Assembly (NCBI GenBank): GCA_963662355.1 | Contig: OY759361.1 | Coordinates: 1,865,668-1,929,667, forward strand | Direction of reading: 5' to 3' | Origin: Gammaproteobacteria bacterium | GTDB lineage: Bacteria > Pseudomonadota > Gammaproteobacteria > UBA4575 | Length of the DNA stretch: 64,000 bases | Shown: positions 49,136 through 58,177 of the stretch, in pieces | How the letters are laid out: the number at the start of each line of letters is the position of its first letter | How positions within the stretch are numbered: position 1 is the first letter of the stretch | Made by a program: the position numbers and the translations under genes | Notes under the pieces: generated by a model | Database searches by the model: none | Seen by the model: the letters and a program-made list of their open reading frames with translations, nothing else | What the model was told of the DNA's origin: nothing

Positions 49136-49226
49136 ATAGTTATGCCAGGCTTGTGTATATAAATGTATGCGTAATGAATTTATTACTTAGTATATGTAGT
49201 CTAATCAATAAGATATAATCTTATTA

Positions 49227-49318
49227 TGGCGGAGAGAGAGGGATTCGAACCCTCGGTGCCCCGTTGAGGACACACTCACTTTCCAGGCGAGCCCGTTCGA
49301 CCACTCCGGCATCTCTCC
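49227..49318 (-). tRNA. tRNA-Ser (anticodon GGA), class II with long variable arm, CCA encoded
   Basis: Reverse complement: GGAGAGATGCCGGAGTGGTCGAACGGGCTCGCCTGGAAAGTGAGTGTGTCCTCAACGGGGCACCGAGGGTTCGAATCCCTCTCTCTCCGCCA. It shows the canonical D-arm, the anticodon loop CUGGAAA, a 15-nt variable arm and the T-arm GGTTCGAATCC. Confidence 0.85.
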
Positions 49319-49412
49319 AAACTTTGCTCTGACATTGGAGTCTGTAAAGCATGGTGTGTGCCTTCCATTGGCCAAGGCCCGCATCCTTGCATAAAACAGA
49401 GTTTAAACCTGA

Positions 49413-49751
49413 TTATGATTTCTTACCTCTGTCATTCCCAGGGCCATAGACTGAGGACGGGAATTGTGCAATGTTTTCACCTGGATCTGAAATTTTCGCT
49501 ACACCTTGCTTGTCCACTTCATCAATTCGGATAATTGCGTGCATGGGTACGAAAAACCGTTTTACCTGCTCGAACTCTGTTTTGAGTTTTTCCTCACTAG
49601 GATCCACTACTACAGTCGACCTTTCATCGAAAGCCAGTCCTTCTATAGTAATAAATCCATACAAGTCAGATTGGTACACCTGGTGTGCAAAAACTTCATA
49701 AACTTTGTTCAGGTTATAAAAGCTGATTTTGTAAAGCTTCTTTTTAGGCAT
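49413..49751 (-). CDS. conserved hypothetical protein (112 aa)
   Basis: ORF with coding-like composition upstream of icd; no motif recognised. Confidence 0.45.
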   Translation of the reverse strand: MPKKKLYKISFYNLNKVYEVFAHQVYQSDLYGFITIEGLAFDERSTVVVDPSEEKLKTEFEQVKRFFVPMHAIIRIDEVDKQGVAKISDPGENIAQFPSSVYGPGNDRGKKS

Positions 49752-49914
49752 CGTTAATAAATAAACCCTCTTGTCCGAATATTCCCCGATCTGTTTCCCC
49801 TGTATCGAATCAGACGGTTTCTATTCTCGCACAACGCTGCTGCAAGTCTGCATACGACTCCACCACAATCACCTGTGAAGAAACCACGTCACTGGGCACA
49901 GACCGACCTGAAAA

Positions 49915-51258
49915 CTACGTGTGCATGTTGTTGATTATTGCTTCTCCAAAACCTGAAGTGCTTACCAGAGTAGCTCCAGGCATCAAGCGTTCCAAATCTT
50001 CCTGTACCTCTTTGGAAGTACCTGGCCTTCGCGCCTTGGCCTGAAATCCTGCACGAGCTCTGGCTAGATCGTAGGTCACTGTCCTGGATGCGATTGCTCC
50101 AGATATCCCTGTTATCACCAAATCAGCCGCCTCGGTCCAGCCTAAATGACGTAGCATCATTTCAGCGGACAGGACGATAGACCCTGGATTAACCCGATCC
50201 TTGCCCGCATGACTGGGTGCTGTACCATGGGTAGCCTCAAAACACGCGACATCGTCCGAAACATTTGCCCCCGGGGCAATACCAATTCCTCCTACCTGTG
50301 CAGCCAAGGCATCTGAAATGTAATCGCCATTCAGATTCAAGGTGGCAATCACTTCATAGCTCTCCGGTTTTAAAAGGATTTGCTGCAAAAAGTTATCTGC
50401 AATTATATCCTTGATGATAATTTCTTTACCGTTGTTCGGATTTTTTATCGTACACCAAGGACCCTCACCAATTACTTCGGCCTTGAACTCTTGCTGGGCA
50501 AGCTCATAACCCCAGTTTCGAAACGCCCCCTCTGTAAATTTCATAATGTTTCCCTTATGCACCAGGGAAACAGAATTACGATGATTATCTATTGCATATT
50601 GAATGGCTTTACGTATCAACCGGACTGAGCCTTCTTTTGAGACAGGCTTGACCCCAATGCCGGATGTCTCAGGGAAACGAATTTTTGTGACATTCATTTC
50701 TCCGCGCAAAAACTTTATGATCCTTTTTGCCTCTTCACTCTGGGCCTCCCATTCAATTCCTGCATAAATGTCTTCAGTATTTTCCCTGAAAATCACCATG
50801 TCTGTAGTGGCTGAATCTTTCAACGGAGTAGGTGTTCCCGGGAAATATCGAATCGGACGCACACAGGCAAACAAATCCAGCTTCTGTCGTATGGACACAT
50901 TCAATGAACGCATGCCCTCTCCCACAGGCGTTGCCAATGGGCCCTTTATTGAAACGACGTATTTTTTCATCACTTCAAGTGTTTCTTCGGGCAGGAAACT
51001 ATGCTTGCCGTATAAGCGTGCCGCTTTTTCACCTGCATAAATTTCCATCCAGCTGATACGGCGTTTCCCTCCATACGCCCGATTAACTGCTGCTGTGACC
51101 ACCCGCCTCATTACCGGAGTCACATCCAGACCGATTCCATCACCCTCAATAAACGGAATTATCGGCGTATCAGGGACATTCAGGCTTTTGTCCGGATTAA
51201 GGGTGATAACTTCACCCTGTGCCGGAACCTGGACATGCTCGTAAGGCTTGTGCTCCAT
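49915..51258 (-). CDS. icd: NADP-dependent isocitrate dehydrogenase (homodimeric, E. coli type)
   Basis: Co-linear with E. coli Icd from [20 protein letters not shown]...[12 protein letters not shown]; contains the phosphorylation-loop region and C-terminal ...[10 protein letters not shown]. The likely start is at 51258, not 51270. Confidence 0.9.
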   Translation of the reverse strand: MEHKPYEHVQVPAQGEVITLNPDKSLNVPDTPIIPFIEGDGIGLDVTPVMRRVVTAAVNRAYGGKRRISWMEIYAGEKAARLYGKHSFLPEETLEVMKKYVVSIKGPLATPVGEGMRSLNVSIRQKLDLFACVRPIRYFPGTPTPLKDSATTDMVIFRENTEDIYAGIEWEAQSEEAKRIIKFLRGEMNVTKIRFPETSGIGVKPVSKEGSVRLIRKAIQYAIDNHRNSVSLVHKGNIMKFTEGAFRNWGYELAQQEFKAEVIGEGPWCTIKNPNNGKEIIIKDIIADNFLQQILLKPESYEVIATLNLNGDYISDALAAQVGGIGIAPGANVSDDVACFEATHGTAPSHAGKDRVNPGSIVLSAEMMLRHLGWTEAADLVITGISGAIASRTVTYDLARARAGFQAKARRPGTSKEVQEDLERLMPGATLVSTSGFGEAIINNMHT

Positions 51259-51330
51259 GAAAAACCTCAAAGAAAATGAAACAAACGCAACCAGTATCTA
51301 AAAAAGTGCAACCTGCCTTAAACTGGACAG

Positions 51331-52635
51331 TTACCCAACCTTGGATTCAAATTGCATTTCTTCTGTTGAGCCGGTAAGCGCAGTAACCGATGACTGACCT
51401 CCCTGAATTGTAGTGGTTACGTCGTCAAAATAGCCTGCACCAACTTCCTGTTGATGGCTAACAAAAGTATAACCACGTTCACGCGCTTCAAATTCAGGCT
51501 GCTGTACCATGTTCACGTAAGCTGTCATACCTTCTCTTGCATACCCCTGTGCAAGATCAAACATGTTGTACCACATGTTGTGAATACCGGCCAAAGTAAT
51601 GAATTGATATTTATAGCCCATTGCGCCCAACTCACGCTGGAATTTGGCAATGGTGGCATCATCAAGATTCTTCTTCCAGTTGAAAGAAGGAGAACAGTTA
51701 TATGCAAGTAACTGTTCAGGGTGTTCCTTGCGCACACCTTCTGCAAAGGCTTTTGCAAACTCCAGGTCCGGTGTACCGGTTTCACACCAGATCAAATCAG
51801 CGTATTCGGCATAGGCAATGCCACGAGAGATAGCCTGTTGCAAGCCGTTTTTTACACGCAGAAAGCCTTCTGATGTCCGCTCTCCTGTCAAAAACGAATG
51901 GTCTCTTTCGTCACAATCTGAGGTAAGCAAATTAGCGGCTTCCGCATCAGTGCGCCCCAAAATAACAGTGGGTACACCCATTACATCCGCCGCAAGCCTG
52001 GCTGCATTAAGTTTTTGACATGCCTCCCGGGTTGGAACAAGGACCTTGCCTCCCATGTGACCACACTTTTTGACGGCAGCTAGCTGATCCTCGAAATGTA
52101 CGCCCGCAGCACCTGCTACAATCATGTTTTTCATGAGCTCAAAGGCATTGAGTACTCCACCAAATCCAGCTTCAGCGTCTGCAACGATAGGAATAAAATA
52201 GTCAATTTCATTTCCACCGCGTGCCCATTGAATTTCATCCGCACGTTTGAATGCATTATTAATGCGCCGCACGACAGTAGGCACCGAGTCGTATGCGTAG
52301 AGCGACTGGTCCGGGTACATGGTCTCACTGGTGTTGGCATCTGCTGCAACCTGCCAGCCTGACAAATAAATTGCCTTGATTCCTGCCTTGACCTGTTGGA
52401 CAGCTTGACCACCGGTCAATGCGCCCAAACAATTAATGTAGTCTTCCTCATTAACCAGTTTCCAAAGCTTCTTTGCACCATTTCTTGCTAGTGTATGCTC
52501 AATCTTCAAAGAGCCCCGCAAACGTACTACATCCTCAGCTGTATAATCACGCCTGACATTCTTCCAGCGAGGACTATCGGCCCATTCCTTTTCCAGTTCT
52601 TTTACCTGTGCAATTCTACTCTCACTCACAACCAT
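51331..52635 (-). CDS. aceA: isocitrate lyase
   Basis: 434-aa ORF with the ICL signature KKCGHMGGK and co-linear ends. Confidence 0.9.
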   Translation of the reverse strand: MVVSESRIAQVKELEKEWADSPRWKNVRRDYTAEDVVRLRGSLKIEHTLARNGAKKLWKLVNEEDYINCLGALTGGQAVQQVKAGIKAIYLSGWQVAADANTSETMYPDQSLYAYDSVPTVVRRINNAFKRADEIQWARGGNEIDYFIPIVADAEAGFGGVLNAFELMKNMIVAGAAGVHFEDQLAAVKKCGHMGGKVLVPTREACQKLNAARLAADVMGVPTVILGRTDAEAANLLTSDCDERDHSFLTGERTSEGFLRVKNGLQQAISRGIAYAEYADLIWCETGTPDLEFAKAFAEGVRKEHPEQLLAYNCSPSFNWKKNLDDATIAKFQRELGAMGYKYQFITLAGIHNMWYNMFDLAQGYAREGMTAYVNMVQQPEFEARERGYTFVSHQQEVGAGYFDDVTTTIQGGQSSVTALTGSTEEMQFESKVG

Positions 52636-52931
52636 GTCTCCTTCTGAAACCCTCTAAAATCAATCAAATATTAGCATTGACTCTAGAATCAAGGTCAATG
52701 CCCAAACGGAAAGTGTATACTATCAGATACTAATTTGAAGGTACTAAAAAATTGAAATGTAAACTCTGCATGTCACCAGAGAAAAACACAAGATACCTGT
52801 TTGTATGCACGTTCCTATGGTCTTGCACCTATCATGGTATACATCGAAGCGGCCTCACCCTGAAGTCTTGTCACATACCAGTCCCTTTCACCTACTGAGG
52901 TTTACTGCCGCGACCCGTCTGATAACTTGCG

Positions 52932-53420
52932 ATGCAGATTCATACCGCAGACCTCTGTGATGCAAATGAATCCAGTGTTTCAGTAGCAGAACCACTGTTT
53001 CGTGATTTTGGGGGCCTAGTATCTTTCCATGGGAAGATTTCAACCGTGAAGTGCTTTGAAGACAACTCGCTTGTCCGTGAGGCACTAAAAAGCCCTGGTG
53101 CAGGACATGTTTTGGTAGTCGACGGCGGAGGTTCAACACGTCGGGCACTGGTGGGTGACATCCTGGCACAGTCCGGTGCGGACAATCACTGGGCCGGTAT
53201 AGTTGTATACGGATGTATTCGCGACTCCGGCATCATTGCAACCATTAAAATTGGTTGCAAGGCAGTTGCCACCGTGCCTCTCAAGACCGAGAAAAAAGGA
53301 GCAGGAGAAAAAGACGTTCCTGTACATTTTGCGAATGTAGATTTTATTCCAGGCCAATTTCTATACGCAGATGAAGACGGCATCATCGTGAGCAAGAAAA
53401 ATCTTCTTACCCAAACCTAG
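52932..53420 (+). CDS. rraA: RraA-family protein (ribonuclease E inhibitor RraA / 4-hydroxy-4-methyl-2-oxoglutarate aldolase fold)
   Basis: 162-aa ORF (MQIHTADLCDANE...GHVLVVDGGGS...). Confidence 0.8.
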   Translation: MQIHTADLCDANESSVSVAEPLFRDFGGLVSFHGKISTVKCFEDNSLVREALKSPGAGHVLVVDGGGSTRRALVGDILAQSGADNHWAGIVVYGCIRDSGIIATIKIGCKAVATVPLKTEKKGAGEKDVPVHFANVDFIPGQFLYADEDGIIVSKKNLLTQT

Positions 53421-53431
53421 CCTATCGCAGC

Positions 53432-54391
53432 ATGGAACCTGTATTTTACGATTACGATCAGGGCATCACTTGCATCGATACGATGTATGTACAACCAGGG
53501 CGTGCAGCATGCTATCTGATTATCCACAATAACCGGGCTGTCTTTATTGATACAGGCACATCCCACACTGTTCCATACTTGCTTGAAACCCTGAAATCAA
53601 AAACCGTTTCTCCCGAGGCAGTTGAATATGTCATCCCTACTCATGTGCACCTGGATCATGCCGGGGGTGCAGGTGTATTGATGGATGAATTGCCCAATGC
53701 AAAACTGGTTATCCATCCACATGGAGCGCGTCATATGATTGACCCTTCCAAGCTGATTCTCGGAGCAACACAGGTGTACGGTGCTGATAATTTCAGACAC
53801 AGTTTTGGGGAAGTCAGGGCAGTTGATGAAAATCGCGTCATCGTGGCTGAGGATGAGACAACTCTGGAGTTTGCATCCCGGGCACTTACTTTCATCGATA
53901 CACCAGGGCATGCACGCCACCATTTCTGTGTCTATGATGAAACCAGCAAGGGATTTTTTACCGGAGATACCTTCGGGCTTTCCTACAAGGAACTGGATGA
54001 TGAAAATGGTGCTTTTATCATGCCAACCACAACCCCGGTACAGTTTGATCCAGATGCCTGGCAAAATTCACTTACGCGGTTACTGGACTACAGCCCGAAA
54101 TACATGTATTTAACACACTTTGGTCGCATTACAGAAATTGACCGCCTTGCACGAGAACTGCGCCAAGATATCAATCGTTACGCTGAAATTGCCCAACAAC
54201 ATACGCAGGATAACCATCGCAACGAAAAAATCCTTGGTTCCATTACTGAATACCTGCAGCAACGATTGAAAGACAGGAAAAATATCGGCGATGTGGAACT
54301 GCTTACGGAGTTCCTGAAGGACGATCTGGAACTGAATGCTGCCGGACTTGAGATTTGGCTGGACAGGCTTGAAAGGCAGCCTCGATATTAA
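53432..54391 (+). CDS. MBL-fold metallo-hydrolase
   Basis: 319-aa ORF with metal-binding motif THVHLDHAGG. Confidence 0.7.
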   Translation: MEPVFYDYDQGITCIDTMYVQPGRAACYLIIHNNRAVFIDTGTSHTVPYLLETLKSKTVSPEAVEYVIPTHVHLDHAGGAGVLMDELPNAKLVIHPHGARHMIDPSKLILGATQVYGADNFRHSFGEVRAVDENRVIVAEDETTLEFASRALTFIDTPGHARHHFCVYDETSKGFFTGDTFGLSYKELDDENGAFIMPTTTPVQFDPDAWQNSLTRLLDYSPKYMYLTHFGRITEIDRLARELRQDINRYAEIAQQHTQDNHRNEKILGSITEYLQQRLKDRKNIGDVELLTEFLKDDLELNAAGLEIWLDRLERQPRY

Positions 54392-54414
54392 GCTAACAGA
54401 TACATAAACTGTAT

Positions 54415-55224
54415 TCAGACGAAACTAGGCTGTCGGCGATGATAGTACTTGACTCCATCGAAGGAAACATCTTTTCCTCCACCCAAGTACATTTCTGCCA
54501 CGTCCGTGGACTCAAGCAATTCTTTCGATGCGCCCCTTTTAACTACACGCCCATTCTCGATCACGTAGCCTACAGTGGCATAACGCAACGCGACCATCGC
54601 ATTTTGTTCTGATACCAAGAAGCTTACACCTTCTTCTTCATTCAGCCGCTTGACAATTTCAAAGATCTGCTCGATAAACTGTGGTGCAAGTCCCATAGAG
54701 GGTTCATCCAGTAAAATGAGACTTGGTTTGGCCATTAGTGCTCGACCAACTGCAATCATCTGCTGCTCTCCACCTGAGCAAAGACCACCAGGAGTTTTTA
54801 TACGACTCTTGATACGAGGAAACAACTCGTACACATAGTCAAGATTTCTTCGAACCTCGGCCCTGCCCATATTCTTGATAAAAGAGCCTGTTAGCAGATT
54901 CTCTTCCACATTCAGATGTGAAAATATATGTCGTCCCTCCAAAACCTGCACTACACCCTGCTTCACTATATCGAATGCATTGAGCTTAGAAATATCTTCA
55001 CCATTCAGCTCGATAACACCCTTGGTAACTTCTCCCCTTTCAGCTCCCAGCAAGCGTGAACACGCCTTCAGTGTCGTAGTCTTGCCTGCACCATTTGCAC
55101 CCAGCAATGATACGACCTCACCTTTATTGACAGCGAGTGACACACCACGTAGCGCAAGTATTGCACCACCATAAATAGCTTCAATATTGTTAACTGCGAG
55201 TACGGGTGTATTACTCATGTTCAC
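54415..55224 (-). CDS. ABC transporter ATP-binding protein, LivF-like
   Basis: Walker A GANGAGKTT, signature LSGGEQQ, Walker B ILLDEP. Confidence 0.85.
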   Translation of the reverse strand: MNMSNTPVLAVNNIEAIYGGAILALRGVSLAVNKGEVVSLLGANGAGKTTTLKACSRLLGAERGEVTKGVIELNGEDISKLNAFDIVKQGVVQVLEGRHIFSHLNVEENLLTGSFIKNMGRAEVRRNLDYVYELFPRIKSRIKTPGGLCSGGEQQMIAVGRALMAKPSLILLDEPSMGLAPQFIEQIFEIVKRLNEEEGVSFLVSEQNAMVALRYATVGYVIENGRVVKRGASKELLESTDVAEMYLGGGKDVSFDGVKYYHRRQPSFV

Positions 55225-55262
55225 TACCTTTTGTATATGTCAAATGCTTCTGCAAGTTTACT

Positions 55263-56375
55263 TTATGTCCTGAATGGCCAAATTCGCAATCTGTGTTTTA
55301 CAGAATTCCATAAACCCGCAAATCCAAGAGGCTGATAAACCAATAGAACAACAATGATAGTCCCAACAACAATCTTAGAGTTATTCTCTACAAATGCAGT
55401 ATCCAGATAGCCTCCTCCAAACACCGCATCACCAAACCGTGTAACAAATATTGGCCACCCATATACAAATATTGCTCCTAAGAAGGAACCCAGAATTGAC
55501 CCCAGGCCGCCCAGGATAATCATAAACATTACAAGGAAAGATCTTCTCAAGTCATAGATCATGAAATCAAGGTTGCCAATATAGCAATATGAGTACATTG
55601 CACCCGCTACACCACAGTAAAAACAGCTTACAAAAAAGGCATTTAACTTTGTTTTACCTACAGGGATGCCAATTACCTTCGCAGCAATGTCCATATCCCG
55701 CACTGCCATCCAGTTTCTTCCTGTTGAACTGCGCACCATGTTTTTGGCAGCTAAAGCTAAAAGTACAGTAACTATCAGGGTAATCAGGTATCTCCACACA
55801 TAGGCGTTGTACTCCTTTGCCAAGCCTAACATGTCAAAGATCTGGTCCTGAAAAGGCAAGAAACGATAATGAAAATATGGGAGGTGTACAACACCAGAAC
55901 TCGCATAGTTCAGGAACCAGGGATAGGCATTAAACAACCACTCATGGAAGAACTGTGCGCACAATGTCGATACAAGCAAATAAAATCCCTTGATACGTAG
56001 GCTTGGAAGACCAAATACTATCCCCATTAAACCGGCCACAATACCTGCAGCCAAAAAAGCCAGCCAAATATTCATCCACTCGACACGCAACAGAAAGTTA
56101 TAGGCGGTAAATGCACCAAAAGACATAAACCCGGCAGAACCGAGTGAAAGCTGGCCAGTGTACCCTGATGCAATATTCAGCCCCAGGCTTGCAATACTTA
56201 GCACCATCATTGGAATCAGAATTGCACTGAACCAGTAATCATTACCAATAAATGGAACTACCAAAAACATAAAGGCAAGGAATACTGCCATGATCCAGCG
56301 ATCCTCTCGCAGTGGAACCATGCTACGGTCTTTCACATAGCTTCTGACTATCTGGCCAGTTTCCCGGTAATACAT
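55263..56375 (-). CDS. ABC transporter permease, LivM-like
   Basis: 370-aa polytopic membrane ORF in a liv-type operon. Confidence 0.8.
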   Translation of the reverse strand: MYYRETGQIVRSYVKDRSMVPLREDRWIMAVFLAFMFLVVPFIGNDYWFSAILIPMMVLSIASLGLNIASGYTGQLSLGSAGFMSFGAFTAYNFLLRVEWMNIWLAFLAAGIVAGLMGIVFGLPSLRIKGFYLLVSTLCAQFFHEWLFNAYPWFLNYASSGVVHLPYFHYRFLPFQDQIFDMLGLAKEYNAYVWRYLITLIVTVLLALAAKNMVRSSTGRNWMAVRDMDIAAKVIGIPVGKTKLNAFFVSCFYCGVAGAMYSYCYIGNLDFMIYDLRRSFLVMFMIILGGLGSILGSFLGAIFVYGWPIFVTRFGDAVFGGGYLDTAFVENNSKIVVGTIIVVLLVYQPLGFAGLWNSVKHRLRIWPFRT

Positions 56376-56393
56376 TGACTCAGTTACCCTTTG

Positions 56394-57341
56394 TTATATT
56401 CTTTCTATATCACGTTCACCAAAAATCCCTGTGGGGCGTATCAATATAAAAACCAATGCCGTTAAGTACGCCCACCAGTGCTCAATTCCCTGACCACCAA
56501 ACACATCGGCAAAAAAGATCTCGCCAATTTTCTCACTGGCTCCAATAATCAAACCGCCAACAAGGCATCCTGGAATCGATGTTAAGCCACCGATCAAAAT
56601 TACCGGTAAGCCCTTCAAAACAGCCCATGTCAGTGTAAAGGAAACACTTAATCGGTCCGCCCAAATGAGGCCAGCAATAAAGCAAATTATGCCAGTTACA
56701 GCCCAGACAATAGCCCAGATCTTAGCCAGTGGAATGCCCACTGCCTGTGATGCCATGTGATCATCTGACACGGCCCGTAACGAAAGACCTGTACGCGTGT
56801 ACTGAAAAAACAAATAGAGACCTACTACCATGCCCAAGGCAACAGCAGCTGCAAAACCATCAAATTTACTTACCAATATATCTAGCCAAGGGATAACTTC
56901 AGAAACGAATACAGGGTCAGTGGGGATGCCCAGTTCAACACCGTGGACAGCTGAATCCCAAGTACCCTGCGCCAGACCCTCCAGAAAATAGTTCACACCT
57001 ACTGTCGCCATAAACAGTGACAGCAAATTCTGGTTTGCCAACGGGCGCATAACGGTACGTTCAATGATGAGCCCAATGATCACCATCACAACACATGTGA
57101 TGGCAAATGCTACCCAAAAGTTTACCTGCCGCTCAGTAAGACTGACAAAAGTTAATGCAGCAAATAAGAGCATAGTGCCCTGTGCAAAATTGAATACGCC
57201 GGATGATTTGTAGACCAGCACAAATCCAATTGCCACCAGGGAGTACATAATTCCGGATAGCATGCCTCCCACAAACACTTCAAGCCCAAATAAGGAGAAC
57301 AGGTCTGCAAATGCTGTGACCAGCGAAGCTAAGATTTCCAC
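56394..57341 (-). CDS. ABC transporter permease, LivH-like
   Basis: 315-aa polytopic membrane ORF. Confidence 0.8.
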   Translation of the reverse strand: MEILASLVTAFADLFSLFGLEVFVGGMLSGIMYSLVAIGFVLVYKSSGVFNFAQGTMLLFAALTFVSLTERQVNFWVAFAITCVVMVIIGLIIERTVMRPLANQNLLSLFMATVGVNYFLEGLAQGTWDSAVHGVELGIPTDPVFVSEVIPWLDILVSKFDGFAAAVALGMVVGLYLFFQYTRTGLSLRAVSDDHMASQAVGIPLAKIWAIVWAVTGIICFIAGLIWADRLSVSFTLTWAVLKGLPVILIGGLTSIPGCLVGGLIIGASEKIGEIFFADVFGGQGIEHWWAYLTALVFILIRPTGIFGERDIERI

Positions 57342-57370
57342 TCGATTGCCCCCTCCCCTATGCCTGAATA

Positions 57371-58165
57371 TTAATTATCGTGACTGACGCCTAGGTAAGC
57401 ATCAATTACATCTTTATTATTTTTAATTTCATTGGGCGTACCATCGCCAATTTTTTTGCCATAATCCATCACTACCACATGATCGGAAATATCCATCACG
57501 ACTCCCATATCATGCTCGATCAAAACTATCGTAGTACCACGGTTGCGATTGATTTCCTGTATGAAGCATGCCATATCCAATTTTTCATCCAGATTCATCC
57601 CGGCAATAGGTTCGTCCAATAGTAGCATTTTTGGTTCTGCGGCCAAAGCTCGACCAAGCTCCACGCGCTTTTGTAGCCCATAAGATAATGAAGATACGTG
57701 GACTTTCCGAATCGACTGAAGACCCAAAAATTCAATGATTTCCTCAACCGCTTCACGATGCTCAAGTTCCTCACGCCGACTACGGCCAACCCCCAAGGCA
57801 TTTTCGATGAACGTCGATTTCATCATCAGGTTTCGACCTGTCATGATGTTCTCAACTGTCGTCATTCCAGAAAACAGCGCAATGTTTTGGAAAGTTCGCC
57901 CAATTCCCATGACAGCTGCCGAGTGTGGTTTCATCTTGGCAAACTTTTTCCCTTCATAGGTAATGGCCCCTTGTTGCGGAGTGTACACACCATTGATCAC
58001 ATTCAGCATCGAACTCTTTCCTGCGCCATTCGGACCGATCACAGCACAGATTTCACCTTTGTAGACAGTAAAGCTTATATCTGTAATTGCTTTTGCACCC
58101 CCGAAGGACAGATCAATTCCCTCTATCACCATATGAGGTACTTTTCCGTTTGCTCCATTTGCCAC
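57371..58165 (-). CDS. ABC transporter ATP-binding protein, LivG-like
   Basis: Walker A GPNGAGKSS, signature motif, Walker B LLLDEP. Confidence 0.85.
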   Translation of the reverse strand: MANGANGKVPHMVIEGIDLSFGGAKAITDISFTVYKGEICAVIGPNGAGKSSMLNVINGVYTPQQGAITYEGKKFAKMKPHSAAVMGIGRTFQNIALFSGMTTVENIMTGRNLMMKSTFIENALGVGRSRREELEHREAVEEIIEFLGLQSIRKVHVSSLSYGLQKRVELGRALAAEPKMLLLDEPIAGMNLDEKLDMACFIQEINRNRGTTIVLIEHDMGVVMDISDHVVVMDYGKKIGDGTPNEIKNNKDVIDAYLGVSHDN

Positions 58166-58177
58166 CGTTACTACCTC

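Noticed and set aside
48781-49140. Possible tmRNA (ssrA) ending at the tRNA-like 3' fragment
   Set aside because: No GGGGCUG-type 5' end pairs with the acceptor strand, and there is no tag-peptide reading frame or pseudoknot region. The 3' end lacks an ACCA context. The 360 nt upstream instead hold a 102-aa ORF.
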